Below are positions 13,519 through 26,705 of a stretch of DNA of 64,000 nucleotides, in pieces. Below the pieces are notes generated by a model. It worked only from the letters and a program-made list of their open reading frames with translations. It was not told the origin of the DNA and did no database searches. Each line of letters begins with the position of its first letter. Within the stretch, counting starts at the first letter, position 1. The position numbers were made by a program, and so were the translations under genes. The DNA is taken from positions 159,712,001 to 159,776,000 of the forward strand of contig NC_042999.1 in the NCBI RefSeq assembly GCF_006345805.1, given 5' to 3'. Origin of the DNA: Octopus sinensis (taxonomy: Eukaryota).

Positions 13519-13933
13519 AAGGCGGCGAGCTGGCAGAAACGTTAGCACGCCGAGCGAAATGCTTAGCGGTATTTCGTCTGCGTTACGTTGTGAGTTCGAA
13601 TTCCGCCGAGGTACTTTGCCTTTCATCCTTTCGGGGGTCGATAAATTAAGTACCAATTACGCACTGGGGTCGATGTAATCGACTTAATAACCTATGTCTG
13701 TCCTTGTTTGTCCCCTCTGTGTTTAGCCCCTTGTGGGTAGTAAAGAAATAGGTATTTCGTCTGCGTTACGTTGTGAGTTCAAATTCCGCCGAGATCGACT
13801 TTGCCTTTCATCCTTTCGGGGGTCGATAAATTAAGTACCAGTTACGCACTGGGGTCGATGTAATCGACTTAATACCTATGTCTGTCCTTGTTTGTCACCT
13901 TTGTGTTTAATCCCTTGTGGGTAATAAAGAAAT
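13519..13933 (+). mobile_element. SINE family B (tRNA-like head, central GCCTTTCATCCTTTCGGGGTCGATAAA domain), partial dimer
   Basis: 15-bp TSD AGGTTACATGGATAT at 13504-13518 and 13934-13948. Confidence 0.9.
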
Positions 13934-14152
13934 AGGTTACATGGATATGGTTATACGTCTGTTCACTATTTTAGATCCATTTTTTCTGCTAAGTTGAGAT
14001 AGATAATTTTACAAACTTGGAAAACTTGGATATTGTTTGGATTTCCGTTTTAGCAGTTAGATGCCTGAACTTTTGCTTTTTAAATATTAAACTATATAAC
14101 TTAAAGCAAACATAGTGCTTCATCTAATCAGATAAATCATAAATAAATAATT

Positions 14153-14553
14153 TATTAATAGTTATCGCCAAACTAATATGGCAGTCCATAAATATAAGAC
14201 TAAAGCTATCGCTGATTAGCTCCAAGAGGCCATCGCCTCTAGCTAGCTATATGACACACGAACCTGCGTCCATTATAACCTTCGAACAGGGGAGGTCAGC
14301 CGCTTAACCTTGCTGGTCAGACATCTGCAGACATGTTTCAGGGTTGTTGCCCTTTATCAATGCAGCGTAGTCAGACCCAGCAGGTGTCGCTACCGACCGT
14401 CTGTTCGAAGATTTTATTTACCTAGTTACAGTGGAATACATCCACTTGTTTTCAATAATAGAAATATTAAAATTACTAAGTCTCTCTATAGGAGATTACG
14501 GCAGCGTTACTGGATATTAATAGTTATCGCCAAACTAATATGGCAGTCCATAA
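14153..14553 (-). mobile_element. Non-coding hammerhead-containing unit (retrozyme or Penelope pLTR-like), 362-bp period
   Basis: Identical 39-bp direct repeats at 14153-14191 and 14515-14553 enclose the hammerhead at 14325-14365. Confidence 0.6.
14325..14365 (-). ncRNA. Minimal type-I hammerhead ribozyme, U3-A8 core variant
   Basis: Minus strand reads CTGCA-TTGATAA-AGGG-caacaa-CCCT-GAAA-C-AT-GTC-TGCAG: stem I CTGCA/TGCAG, stem II 4 bp, palindromic helix III ACATGT, GUC triplet. Predicted cut between 14330 and 14329. Confidence 0.7.
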
Positions 14554-14701
14554 TTTATTTTTTACGTATAAATATTGAAATAGTAAGCGCTAGAATTGTA
14601 ATAACCTGCCAGTACTATTCGAGAAATTAAACTAATTCTGTTTAAAAAGGTAGTGAGAAATACAATTAAAAAACAAAGAGGACTAAGATTTTATAAATAT
14701 T

Positions 14702-14759
<58 letters not shown>

Positions 14760-14771
14760 ATCCCTCTCTCC

Positions 14772-14823
<52 letters not shown>

Positions 14824-14915
14824 ACTGATCTCAAATGCATGTGATTCTATAAAAAATAGCAGAATTGGATTGTCCGTCTACCGTTTCTCAAATAAGTTTT
14901 TAAAAATTATAGCAT

Positions 14916-15364
14916 GGCGCAGGAGTGGCTGTGTGGTAAGTAGCTTGTTTACCAACCACATGGTTCTGGGTTCAGTCCCACTGAAATTGTCACCCATAAT
15001 TATGACCCTAGTATCGATCTATTGCATTTCAATTGGGCAAGTGTCTTCTACTATAGCCTCGGGCCGACCAAAGCCTTGTGAGTGGATTTCGTAGACGGAA
15101 ACTGAAAGAAGCCCGTCGTATATATGTATATATATATATATGCGTGTGTATGTTTGTGTGTCTGTGTTTGCTACCTTAGCATTGCTTGACAACCGATGCT
15201 GGTGTGTTTGTGTCCCCGTTACTTAGCGTTCGGCAAAAGAGACCGATAGAATAAGTACTGGGCTTACAAAAGAACAGGTCCCGGGGTCGAGTTGCTCGAT
15301 TAAAGGCGGTGCTCCAGCATGACCGCAGTCAAATGACTGAAACAAGTAAAAAAGTAAAAGAGTA
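14916..15364 (+). mobile_element. SINE family A with a 50-bp MITE-derived insert
   Basis: Family consensus interrupted at 14984-15033. Confidence 0.88.
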
Positions 15365-16286
15365 TTTAATGTAATCTTTCCTTTATTTACAAATTTAGGC
15401 TTGACACTAAGAATTGAAGTCTCGGTGCATCTGCATATGTTCCCAATTCAGTATGCAGCAAAAGGGAGAAGAATATTTTTGATACCAGCTTGACACCAGA
15501 ACTCAGTTAAATTATGTTCTTCAAGATACATTAAAATACTTCTGTAGAATATCAGCCATGTACTGTATATAACACCTCACACTGTGAAAGTTCATGAGAA
15601 AATTATATTGATAGTCAATACCTCTATGTGTAGAACAATATATAGTAAATGGAAGATATTTCTAAATCAATATTCTAATCAATAATAATTTAATCAATAG
15701 TAGTTAAATCCTTCAATCAATATTATTGATTTTAGATATAATATTTTACATCTGTGATCTCCTTGTATTTTGTTGAAATTGAGAAATTTAGTAATAGAAT
15801 AAATTTAGAAGATATTGCAGTATAGTAAACGCCTAATGGCAATCAATACATTAAAAAATATTTTTTTGTAAATTGTTCAATTGCACAAAAAAATATTTCT
15901 TTTTGGAATGATTTTAAATCGATATATTTTGAACAACAGAAGTAGGTTGCGGAAGAAAACTGTCTCAACCGTATTTATGAAATAAATTTCCATGAAATAT
16001 TGATTTTGTTATTTTGATGCTTTTCTTCAGATGCCAAAAGCACAAATATAATATTTAATTTAGTGTGTTTACTAGTCTCTCTAACAAGACAAAATAATTT
16101 CCCAAAGGTGATGCCTTGAAAAGGAAACTTCATATCATGAAATTTCTTAATGGTTATTTTGTTTTTATAATCAGTTCAACTTTCTTTGATAAAAAATATT
16201 GTTATATAATTCATATAAGAACAAAATCTTTTGTCACAAAGTGATTAAAGTAAGCAATTCCTACTTTGCACTTTTAGCAAGTGATA

Positions 16287-16333
<47 letters not shown>

Positions 16334-16499
16334 TATTATATATATATATATATATATAAGTTCAAATTCCGCTGAAGTCTTTTTCTTTTCAGGGTCGATA
16401 AAATAAGTACCAGTTAAGTACTGGAGTCGATATAATCGGCTTGTGACCACCCTTCAAATTGCTGGCTTTGTACCAAAATTTTAATCGGATATTAAAATA

Positions 16500-17985
16500 G
16501 GGAAGCTAAAGAGACCTGGCTGAATGGACAGTGTGAAGAAATTGAAAAGCGAATTCAGGTAGGATACAAAATACATCCGAAGATAAATGAGATCTCTGAC
16601 AGAAAGCTGGGATCCTTAAACAGCGGATGTATCTGAGCAAAGTATGGTACCACGCTGGTTGAGAAGATTAATATTTTGAATAGATGGACAGAATATATAG
16701 ATTTATTTCATGATGCGAGAGCAACCTTGCCTAGTTTACCTGACTTCAGAAATCCTGCTCTCTGAAGTACAAGCAGTCATCAAAATGATGAGGAAAAAGA
16801 AAGCTTCTGAGCAGGACGGGATTATCATTAAGATGATAAAAGCATAAGGAATATGGAATTAGAAAACTGACAGATGTAATAAACAATATCTATGATGATG
16901 GGAAATTTCCAGATCTAAGTAAATTCATCTTTATTACACTCCCGAAGAAATTAAGAGTGGTGAACTGTGGACAACATCGCAAGATTGTTGCAAAGATCAT
17001 TCTGAGAATTTTACTCCCGCGAGCAAGAAAGAGAATAACGCCTGAGGTTGGAATTGAACAGTTTAGCTTTGTAAAGGGTGCTGGTACTAGGAATACTGTT
17101 TGTTTGTTTTTTGTATTGAGAATGACAATGAAGTGGGCGGTGAAGATGCAAAAAGATGTCTTCATGCATTCCATAAATTACACAAAGGCCTTCAATAAAG
17201 TAAGACATGATATGTTTAATTGAAGAATTTAGTAACCTTGATCTGCATGGAAAAGACCTCCGAATCTTGCAGAGCCTGTATTGGAACCACCAAGCCTGCA
17301 TAAAGGTGGTTGGAGAATGCAATGAATACACTAGCATCAGGAGAGGGTTAGACAAGGATGTGTAACGTCACCAGGTCTCTTCAATTACTATAGTGAATTG
17401 ATTATAAGAGAGCTGGAAAAGGAAAAAGGTCTTAAGGTAGGAGGCATAAACATCACAGTCATGAGATAAACAGATGGCACAGTCTTACTAACAGAACTGG
17501 AAAAGAAACGTTAGCGAATTTTGTGATCAGAGAAAGTGGTGGGGGGGGGGAACAGTTTGTTTATAAATTGCAAGAAGGCAGAGTGTATGGTGGTAACAAA
17601 AAAGGAAGTCCAAAGTGCATGCTGAAAGTGAACAATCGAGGTATCCTCCTTCAACCATCTTCGAACTTTGATCACATACGACGCAAGATGTGTGAAGGAG
17701 ATCAAAAGACGAATCTTGAGAAACCGTACTCTGAGCATCAAGACCAGGATCAGTATACTGAACTGCTATGTCTGCTCTGTGCTAATGTATGGATGTGAGG
17801 CATGGTATACAACATGATAAATGAAGGTGCTTGGAGAACTGTGAAATGTGGTTCTTAAGGAGACTTTTAGGGTAGCATAGACAGACAAAACGTTTAATAG
17901 AGAAGTGATGACCCAGGCTGCTGTAAATAGGAAGCTGCTTCTTGAGATAAGCGCCAATAAATTGAGATTCCTAAGCCACGTGATA
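16500..17985 (+). mobile_element. Decayed RTE-clade LINE (reverse transcriptase)
   Basis: EQFSFVKGAGTRN, DYxKAF-like NYTKAFNKVRH and GVRQGCVTSPGLFN motifs with frameshifts. Confidence 0.85.
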
Positions 17986-17994
17986 TATATATAT

Positions 17995-18027
<33 letters not shown>

Positions 18028-18042
18028 TACATACATATATAC

Positions 18043-18082
<40 letters not shown>

Positions 18083-18086
<4 letters not shown>

Positions 18087-19132
18087 CTAATTAGCAAAGC
18101 TAACTTTAAGCCCGCTAACAAAATTCATACGTTTGTTCTTGTCTATTGTAGGCGTGTCTCGAAGAGTACGTCAGCCACGCTATTGGCTGATTACATGTAC
18201 ACGTGACAAGATGTGATTGGTCGACTCAACAGCGACTAGCTAAGCAGCATTGTGTAATTCTGAAGTTTTGAGTTGTGTTCACTTACAACGTTGTCACATT
18301 ACAGACAGTTTTACAGAGTACGTTATCGTCTTATCAAGTTATTGCCTATCGTTATGGAAAATGAACACTTTTTTGTTTGGTTTGAGGATGAAGGGCCTGT
18401 TGAGGAGTCTGCAACGACTGTAAGGCAGAGGTCGCTCAGGTTGAAAGCCAGGAGTCTCAGAACCTGTGGCCCCACCTGGAGGACTACTTTGCCCTTACGT
18501 CAATGGATCAGAGGAACGTCAAAATCCTGTACTTTCGGTGCGCCATGTGCCAGCCCAAGGAAACCATCATCAAGGAACAAGCGGTGAGCCTTTACGACTT
18601 GAAGTCGTATGTCAAGAGGAAACACCCGGCGTATGCCATCCAGTTTGAGGAGAGAATCAAGGCCGGCTCTTTCCCGTGTGAAACATATGTAGCAGTGTCA
18701 GTAGCTAGTCGTCGCAGCCATGTGCAAACAAAAGCACGCCAGCCCAGCATCGGTGAGGCGTTTACCAAACTGCTGGTACTGGCGTCCAGAATGATTGGAG
18801 ACCTTTTTGTCGACAACATGCTACCGCAGCATGTAGTGGAGTTCCCCACGTTTATTGGCCTTACCAAGACGCTGAACCCCAGCAAGAAGTCGATATCCCG
18901 CTGCACCCTGGATAGGATGTTCTTGCCCAGCCACGAACAACTGGATTTGTATCTTAAAAGGTATTTATAAGTTAAAATTATACAGGTTTATTAAATTATT
19001 ATTATGGTGTATTTCATATTTACTTCATACTTAATTTAATTTATTTAATTACTTATTGAATAATTATTTTCTTAATTAGTGTAATAAAATGTATAACAGC
19101 TAATGAAATAAATGTCATAATATATAATATAC

Positions 19133-19185
<53 letters not shown>

Positions 19186-19246
19186 TATATATACATATAT
19201 ATATATACATATATATATATATTATATATATATATATATATATATC

Positions 19247-19299
<53 letters not shown>

Positions 19300-19304
19300 G
19301 CATG

Positions 19305-19346
<42 letters not shown>

Positions 19347-20245
19347 TTATATATATATATATATATTATATATATATATCTATATATATACATATTCCAC
19401 TCATGATTAAGTCTACACAGCCAAAACAGCAGTCTTTAATAAAATAGCGAATAAACGAACCTTAAGATCTGAACTTATCAAATTCCGACCATCATTCCAT
19501 CCCCTATTTCGGTTATTCATCCACCCACAACCCGTCACCTATAAGGGTTGTGTCCCCATTTTCAAAAGTTTTATAACAAGGCTTTCAAGTATAAGCAATA
19601 TTTCCATGAATTTAGAATAGCCTAGTGACAAATGTTAAACTACAATCTGTGTGATTTCTGTAAACAAAATATGGTTATAAGATACTGCGATCAAATGTTT
19701 TACCTCCTTCCTACCCGCGAAAAATTGTACAAACCACGTGCTCACAAAAGCCATTGCAGCTTGCATGGAGATGAATGTGAAGTCGACAAGGTTCTTGGCA
19801 GCGCTTCCTTCAAGTCGGCCAACAGGAAGGCCATGTCCAAGGCATAGCGGCTGTAGAATCTGCAAAACCGCAGCACTGTGGCAGAAGATAGGATCCTGAA
19901 CGCACTGAAGAGGAGATTAGTGGTCCTCAATAGTACCAGATAGAACTCTACCTGTGACTCTGTTGCCTTCAACGACCTGCTGGAGAAGAATAGAGAAGAT
20001 GTCCACAGGGTGATGACACAGCTGAAGCCACACACCTTCACTGGTTCTGATGTCGGCTTCCTAGCAGAGTACGGCCAGGTGATGTCTGTTGTCAAGGCCT
20101 TGGATAAAATCCAGGGCGAGGACCAAGCCTATCTCGAGAGCTGAAGGAAGCCAAGTTCAAACATCTCCTGTATTGCAGTCCTCTGAATGATGTAATACTG
20201 GCAGGCATCACGAAAAGGTTTGGGCTCCTCCTACAAGACCTGTCT
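18083..20245 (+). pseudogene. Decayed hAT transposase
   Basis: WPHLEDYF...CAMC...KRKHP BED-like finger and VEFPTFIGL..TL.P....SRCTL (18460-18950). TR*NS and ALDKIQGE motifs (19730-20130). Interrupted by AT-rich DNA and (TA)n. Confidence 0.8.
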
Positions 20246-20267
20246 CAGGCACTTGGTGTCGGTATTC

Positions 20268-21124
20268 CAAAGGTCTCACGGAATCTGCAGAAGATTGGTA
20301 AGGTAAAAAGCTCGATAAATGGGTACTGCATGAGCCTGATGAAAATCAAAAAGTTTGGCATTATGAAGTGTGATCGATGCTCTTTCTGCGAAACATCACT
20401 GATCCTTTCCCTTTTCTTGACTGAATAGTCCTTGTGACGAAAAGTGGATCCTTTATGATAACCGAAAATGATCGGGTCAATGGCTTGATCGTGATGAGTC
20501 CCTCTAACATTTCCCAAAGCCAAAGTTGCAACAGCAAAATATTATGGTGACTGTCTGGTGGTCTGCAATTGGTGTTGTCCATTGCAGCTTTCTGAAAGCC
20601 AATCAAAGCATTACAGCAGAGATTTACTGCAATCAACTCGCTGAAATGTATGCTCACTTGCATAAAATGAGACCTGCATTGGTGAATCGGCGTGGCCCAA
20701 TCCTGCCCCACAATAATGCAAAGCCACATGTTGCAAGAATGACGCTACAGAAACTCACAGACTTGGGATACGAGACTTTACCACATCCTCTATATTCTCA
20801 GGACGTTTGTGTCTATGTACTGTAAGAATATGGTTGCGTGTATTTTTATCTTCTTTCTTTTTCCACCTATTAGAGTTACTTCCTTTTTATTTAACGGTTT
20901 TTCATAGCGTTGATATCCGACGAGAATGTATCATAGCTATTCGTTCCGACATTGGAAACTCTGAGTACTATAACGACAACATTTTACTGTTTGTTCTAAA
21001 TAATTATAACATATATATATATATACAGATGCATAGATGTTCACGGCTTATACATTTCTATTGTTAATTTTTCCAAAATAAAATTATGTTTCTGAAATCG
21101 GCCATTATTTTCGGAACAACCTAA
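20268..21124 (+). mobile_element. 5'-truncated mariner (Hsmar1/cecropia-like) with internal filler DNA
   Basis: Translates to KLDKWVLHE, DEKWILYDN-like, MVTVWWS, HNNAKPHV, LPHPLYSQD. 3' TIR ...TTTTCGGAACAACCTAA|TA at ~21095-21126. Confidence 0.85.
20799..21026 (+). repeat. ~228-bp direct duplicate of 21771-21996
   Basis: Identical apart from (TA) count; offset 972 bp. Confidence 0.95.
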
Positions 21125-21574
21125 TAGAAATAATGCACAAATTATAACTAAAAATCTAAATTATCTCAATATTAAAGTTGATTATTTACTCCAAAGTTGA
21201 TTTTGTCTTTCATAGCTTTCGGGGTCGAAAGTGTCATTTTCCCACGCCCTTATGCCAAAATTTGAAGCTAGTATTAAAGTTGGTTACTATAATTGTAATA
21301 TCATGTTTCTGTCAATTATATGTTTATGTATAATTTACCACGTTAATTACAATATTCTAACAATCCAGTCTATTTAGTTTAATAAGATTCCATTGAATGT
21401 GTGCATGCATGCGTATGTGTGTGTATGCGTGCGTGTATGTATGTATGAGTATGTAACTTTACGGAGATATGATTACTAAAAGTGGAATGTAAATAACGAC
21501 AGAGAAGTTTATACTGCCTATATGTGTATGCATGTGCGCACATGTATAAAAGTAAAGATATATATATATGTATC

Positions 21575-21608
<34 letters not shown>

Positions 21609-22027
21609 GATAAAATGTAACAACAAAAGAATGAGACCTCGATATTAGAGAAATAGAGGATTGTTTGTATGAGTACGTACATGCATATGTGTTTGTGTGG
21701 TTATGTATGTGTTTGTGTATGTATATATACATGTTTGTGTGAGTGTGTACGTATGTAGACGTTGTGAACGCAGGACGTTTGTGTCTATGTACTGTAAGAA
21801 TATGGTTGCGTGTATTTTTATCTTCTTTCTTTTTCCACCTATTAGAGTTACTTCCTTTTTATTTAACGGTTTTTCATAGCGTTGATATCCGACGAGAATG
21901 TATCATAGCTATTCGTTCCGACATTGGAAACTCTGAGTACTATAACGACAACATTTTACTGTTTGTTCTAAATAATTATAACATATATATATATACTTTT
22001 TTATTAAAGCTGCAAAAATATCACTCA

Positions 22028-22298
22028 GCGCAATGGCCCAGTGGTTAGGGCAGCGGACTCGCGGTCGGAGGATCGCGGTTTCGATTCCCAGACCGGGCGC
22101 TGTGTGTGTTTATTGAGCGAAAACACCTAAAAGCTCCACGAGGCTCCGGCACTCTTTCTCCCACTCTTTCTTCTGTTGGCCTGCTCGCTTAGCCAGCGGG
22201 GTGGCGTCGTTCGAAGGCTAAAACAACGTAAACGCACTGTGACCAGCGATGTGTAGCAACATCTGATGGTCTGGTCAGTCACGTGATCAGTCACATGA
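22028..22298 (+). mobile_element. SINE family C, tail type 1
   Basis: tRNA-like head GGCCCAGTGGTTAGGGCAGCGG...GGTTTCGATTCC; same as 52976-53280 (+) and 36688-36957 (-). Confidence 0.85.
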
Positions 22299-22307
22299 TA
22301 TATATAT

Positions 22308-22364
<57 letters not shown>

Positions 22365-22499
22365 GTATATATATATGCATGTGTATATACGTGTGTGTCC
22401 GTGTCTGTGTGTGTGTGTGTGTGAGCGTTTCTATGTATACGGATGTATGAATATACATATGTTGTATGCGGAAAAGAAAGAACAATTCACCTACTTCTC

Positions 22500-23290
22500 C
22501 GGTTCTCTAGAAGCATCGATCCTTTCCGTGCCTTACCCGTCTAACGTCACTGACCCTATACTTCCTGTTCACCTCATCCCCACACTCGCCCTAATCTCAA
22601 AGATAATCTCATCACCTCACTCCATGTCAAAATCTGCCATCAACTTGGATAGACGTCTCATCCACTGTAACCACCGCAGGAATGGAGCGCTGCTCGTATC
22701 CTCTCCTCCTCCTTCATCGCCCGACGAATTGGCGAACATTCAAAACATGATACAACATTCCATCCACAGACACGTTATTCTGAGAATTAGCGGCCGTTAT
22801 TATTCCTTTCCCCCATTGAAACGTACAGAGTACATTTGGGGGTTTGATCTAGACCTACCAGCACAAAAGCAGGTTCTCTCTCTTCTACATGTCGCTGTGA
22901 TACCGGACACGGATGACGCCATTCATATCTGAATATTGTTCTGTGTGGCACCGGTTTCTCAACATGTGACCGAGGTGACATCTACCAAAATGTCGTATCA
23001 GCTGATATTGCCGTAATTTCTCACTCATGTGGATCTTCAGATATGCCGACTTCAGGTCGACGATTGTGGCAGCCCTCGTCATCCGCCTCCATTCTTACAA
23101 TGTTTCCCCACAGACATCGGTAACCTTGCCGCCCGTGTGAGACGATACGTAGTTATTAAGTTCTCTAAAATCCAGTATTGATCTGACCTTGCCATTCGTT
23201 GGCTGCACCATTGCCACTAGCAGCAGCACTCCGTTGTTACTTTTCCCTTTCAAGGGATTAAAAGGCTCTCCTCGATTCGTTTGAATATAT
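22500..23290 (-). mobile_element. Gypsy-like reverse transcriptase remnant
   Basis: IVDLKSAYLKIH...YQL RT_LTR-like motif in ORF 22885-23082; degenerate. Confidence 0.6.
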
Positions 23291-23462
23291 TTTAAATATC
23301 ATAAAATGTAGCAGTCTCCTTCATAGAGCACACTATTTAAATATTTTAATAATCTATGCTATACAGATCCTTGCTTCTCTGACTCACATGCTATCGTTAG
23401 ATCAAGATGATAATCAAGTTATTACATTGGAGAAATGAAATAAAATTTAAAAAAACTAAATA

Positions 23463-23898
23463 GGCGTAGGAGTGGCTGTGTGGTACGTAGCTTGCTTACC
23501 AACCACACGGTTCCGGGTTCGATCCCACTGCGTGGCACCTTGGGCAAGTGTCTTCTACTATACCCTCGGGCTGACCAAAGCCTTGTGGGTGGATTTGGTA
23601 GACGGAAACTGAAAGAAACCCGTCGTATATATGTATATTGATATATGTGTGTGTGTGTGTGTGTGGTGTGTGTGTGTGTTTATGCGTCTGTGGTTGTCCC
23701 TTCAACATCACTTGACAAGCGATGCTGGTATGTTCACGTCCCCGTAACTTAGCGGTTCGGCAAAAGAGACCGATGGAATAAGTACTGGGCTTACAAAGAA
23801 TAAGTCCTGGGGTCGGTTTGCTCGACTAAAAGGCGGTGCTCCAGCATGGCCGCAGTCAAATGACTGAAACAAGTAAAAATAAGTAAATGAGTAAAAGA
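23463..23898 (+). mobile_element. SINE family A
   Basis: Full-length match to the other copies. Confidence 0.88.
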
Positions 23899-24119
23899 GT
23901 ACATATCCCATTTGTTCATTGAATTCACAGCATATGGAAAATAGTTTATTTTCTTTTGGTCCGCCATCAACAAAATGGCTATTTTTTTTATCATAAATAC
24001 TGCGTGATGACAAGAGAAATAAGGGAAAGGCTGGAAGAAGGAAAAGAACGTTAATAAAAATATTTACAGATTTACTAACACCTTCAATCAGTAAAACTAT
24101 TAACTCTACTATAAACCTA

Positions 24120-24203
24120 TCACATGCATACAAACATACATACATACAACATACATACATACATACATACATACATGCATGCATGCATGCATACATACAT
24201 ACA

Positions 24204-24235
<32 letters not shown>

Positions 24236-24302
24236 CATACATACATACATACAAAGATACATACATACATACATACATACATACATACATACATACATAC
24301 AC

Positions 24303-24333
<31 letters not shown>

Positions 24334-24715
24334 CATACATACATACACACATACATACATACATACATGCATGCATACATACATACATACATACATACAT
24401 ACATACATACATACATACATACATACATACATACATACATACACACATACATATATACATACATACATACATACATACATACACACATACATACATACAT
24501 ACACACATACATACATACATACATGCATGCATACATACATACATACATACATACATACATACATACATACATACATACATACATACATACACACATAGAT
24601 ACATACATACATGCATGCATACATACATACATACATACATACATACATACATACATACATACATACAACATACATACATACATACATACATACATACATA
24701 CATGCATACATATAC
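24120..24715. repeat. ~600-bp (CATA)n tetranucleotide array
   Basis: Direct reading. Confidence 0.98.
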
Positions 24716-24905
24716 AGGGTGGGCCAAAAGTCACGCACAAAATACGTTCAATACGCTTCGGATTGTCAGATTTGCTTCAATTTTTCCAAAATTGAATAAG
24801 ATAAATAAAATAATGATGAATACACAAACGTACTTGTACATGATGAACAAAATTCATAATAATCTTTTTCTACTACAGGTACAACGTCCGAAATTTGAGA
24901 GGAGA
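24716..24905 (+). mobile_element. Tc1/mariner-like terminal fragment
   Basis: TA|CAGGGTGGGCCAAAAGTCAC terminus directly after the (CATA)n tract. Confidence 0.45.
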
Positions 24906-25649
24906 TAGTTGATGACATCGACCCCACTACTCCAGTGGTACTTATTTTATCGAATCCAAAAGGATGAATTGAAAGTAAAAGCCGACCGCGGCGGAATTTG
25001 AACTGAGAACATAAGGACAGGAAAATCGCTGCTAATCCCCGGAGTGCCAACGATTCTACCAACTTAGCGCCTTAATTAAGATAGCAATAATCTTGTCATT
25101 GCTATTGTGGCCGCCCTCTCCCTATTAAGTTGTCACATTCGAACACACAGACACAGTCTTTTCAGTTCTTGACCGTTAATTCTTGCTATCTCTCTCTCTC
25201 TCTCTCTCTGCATTCCACACACACTTTCACGCATTCAAAGACGCACACACACATACATTAAGGCAATTTTACACACTCATACATTCGAGCACTCGTTCAT
25301 AAAATAAATCAAATATAAGCACCAGTCATACAGAAAACATTCACACTCTTTAATTTTCCTATACCTTCCTTCTACTACCTTGATGCTGCCCTTGAACTAT
25401 GTCAACGGTCAATCTCTTCTGCTTTCATCCAATCTGGCGTCAACCCCTATAAATAGACATTTTTTATCATTAACTTTATGGGCTCCTCGTGAGCAGTCGT
25501 CGAAAAGCTTGTTGTGCATTTTGTTGGAGAATTAAGTTCCTGGATTTTCCTGAAGAGAAAGCTGCATAATGGACTCTTTATTCACATATGTCGAAAATAA
25601 AATAAAGGAATTTTGTTAAATCTTCGTTCAGCTCCATTCTTTCCTATAC

Positions 25650-25690
<41 letters not shown>

Positions 25691-25964
25691 CTCCTGAAAT
25701 TAATTTTGTCAGCAGTATTAACGCAATATTTCAAAAAGCCAAAGCTTCCTCATACATGAAGTGATAAATACTAAGTTTCATGAATTATTGTGATTCACAA
25801 TAAGGAGCGATTCCATGAGTTAATGTTTGCAGTTATTGTGTTAACAAATCATTTAGTGACAAATGATATATTTGATTCACAAACAACAAAATTGATACTT
25901 TCACTGAACGAAAGCTTTCGCATAATTGTTTTTCCACCTCATGAGGTAGAAGGATCTGTATTCA

Positions 25965-26034
<70 letters not shown>

Positions 26035-26502
26035 TATATATAATATATAATATATATATATAAAATATAAATAATAATTTTAATTTTAAATTAAATAATT
26101 AAACTTTTAAATTTTACATTTTATATATTTTGTATATTATTTTATTTATTTTTATTTTTATTTTGGTTTATGCTTTTCATTGTTTGATTTGCCTAATAGT
26201 GGTTTTATCTCTAATTTAATTTATATATATATCTTATCTTATCGAAACGTGGAGTAGATGAAATTGAGGCGACTGAAGAAGGGGAATTTTCCTTGTTTTG
26301 TATGTCCTGTACTCTTTCTTTCGTTGTTTTAAAAAAATGTCCATTTCCTTGGTTTTGTGTTTATGTTTTCGTTTCTCATTGTGTTCGACGTTTTTTTTTG
26401 GTGTCCTGTACCCATATATGCATGTATATATACATGTAGAGGTAGGTACGTACATATATGTATGTATGTATGTATATATTTTATTTATTTGTTAATTTAT
26501 AT

Positions 26503-26536
<34 letters not shown>

Positions 26537-26554
26537 GTTGGAATTTACAAAAAG

Positions 26555-26705
26555 AAACAAAAGACGAAGACGGGTGTATAAACAACAAACAGGTGTATTA
26601 GTTTAACGCTCGGGAGGGTAAGAAAGTCTTTTGAGTTTCGAGCCTACGCTCTTCAGCAGAAAAGAACATAAGAAAATAAACAGAGAGAGAATAAAAGAAG
26701 TTTTA
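26555..26705 (-). mobile_element. Penelope-like terminal fragment of the same family
   Basis: Reverse complement matches 32815-32940, including CTGCTGAAGAGCGTAGGCTCGAAAC. Confidence 0.75.

Noticed and set aside
23708-24908. 339-aa and other long ORFs (MYVC/HTYI repeats)
   Set aside because: Read-through of the (CATA)n array into a SINE; no coding signal.
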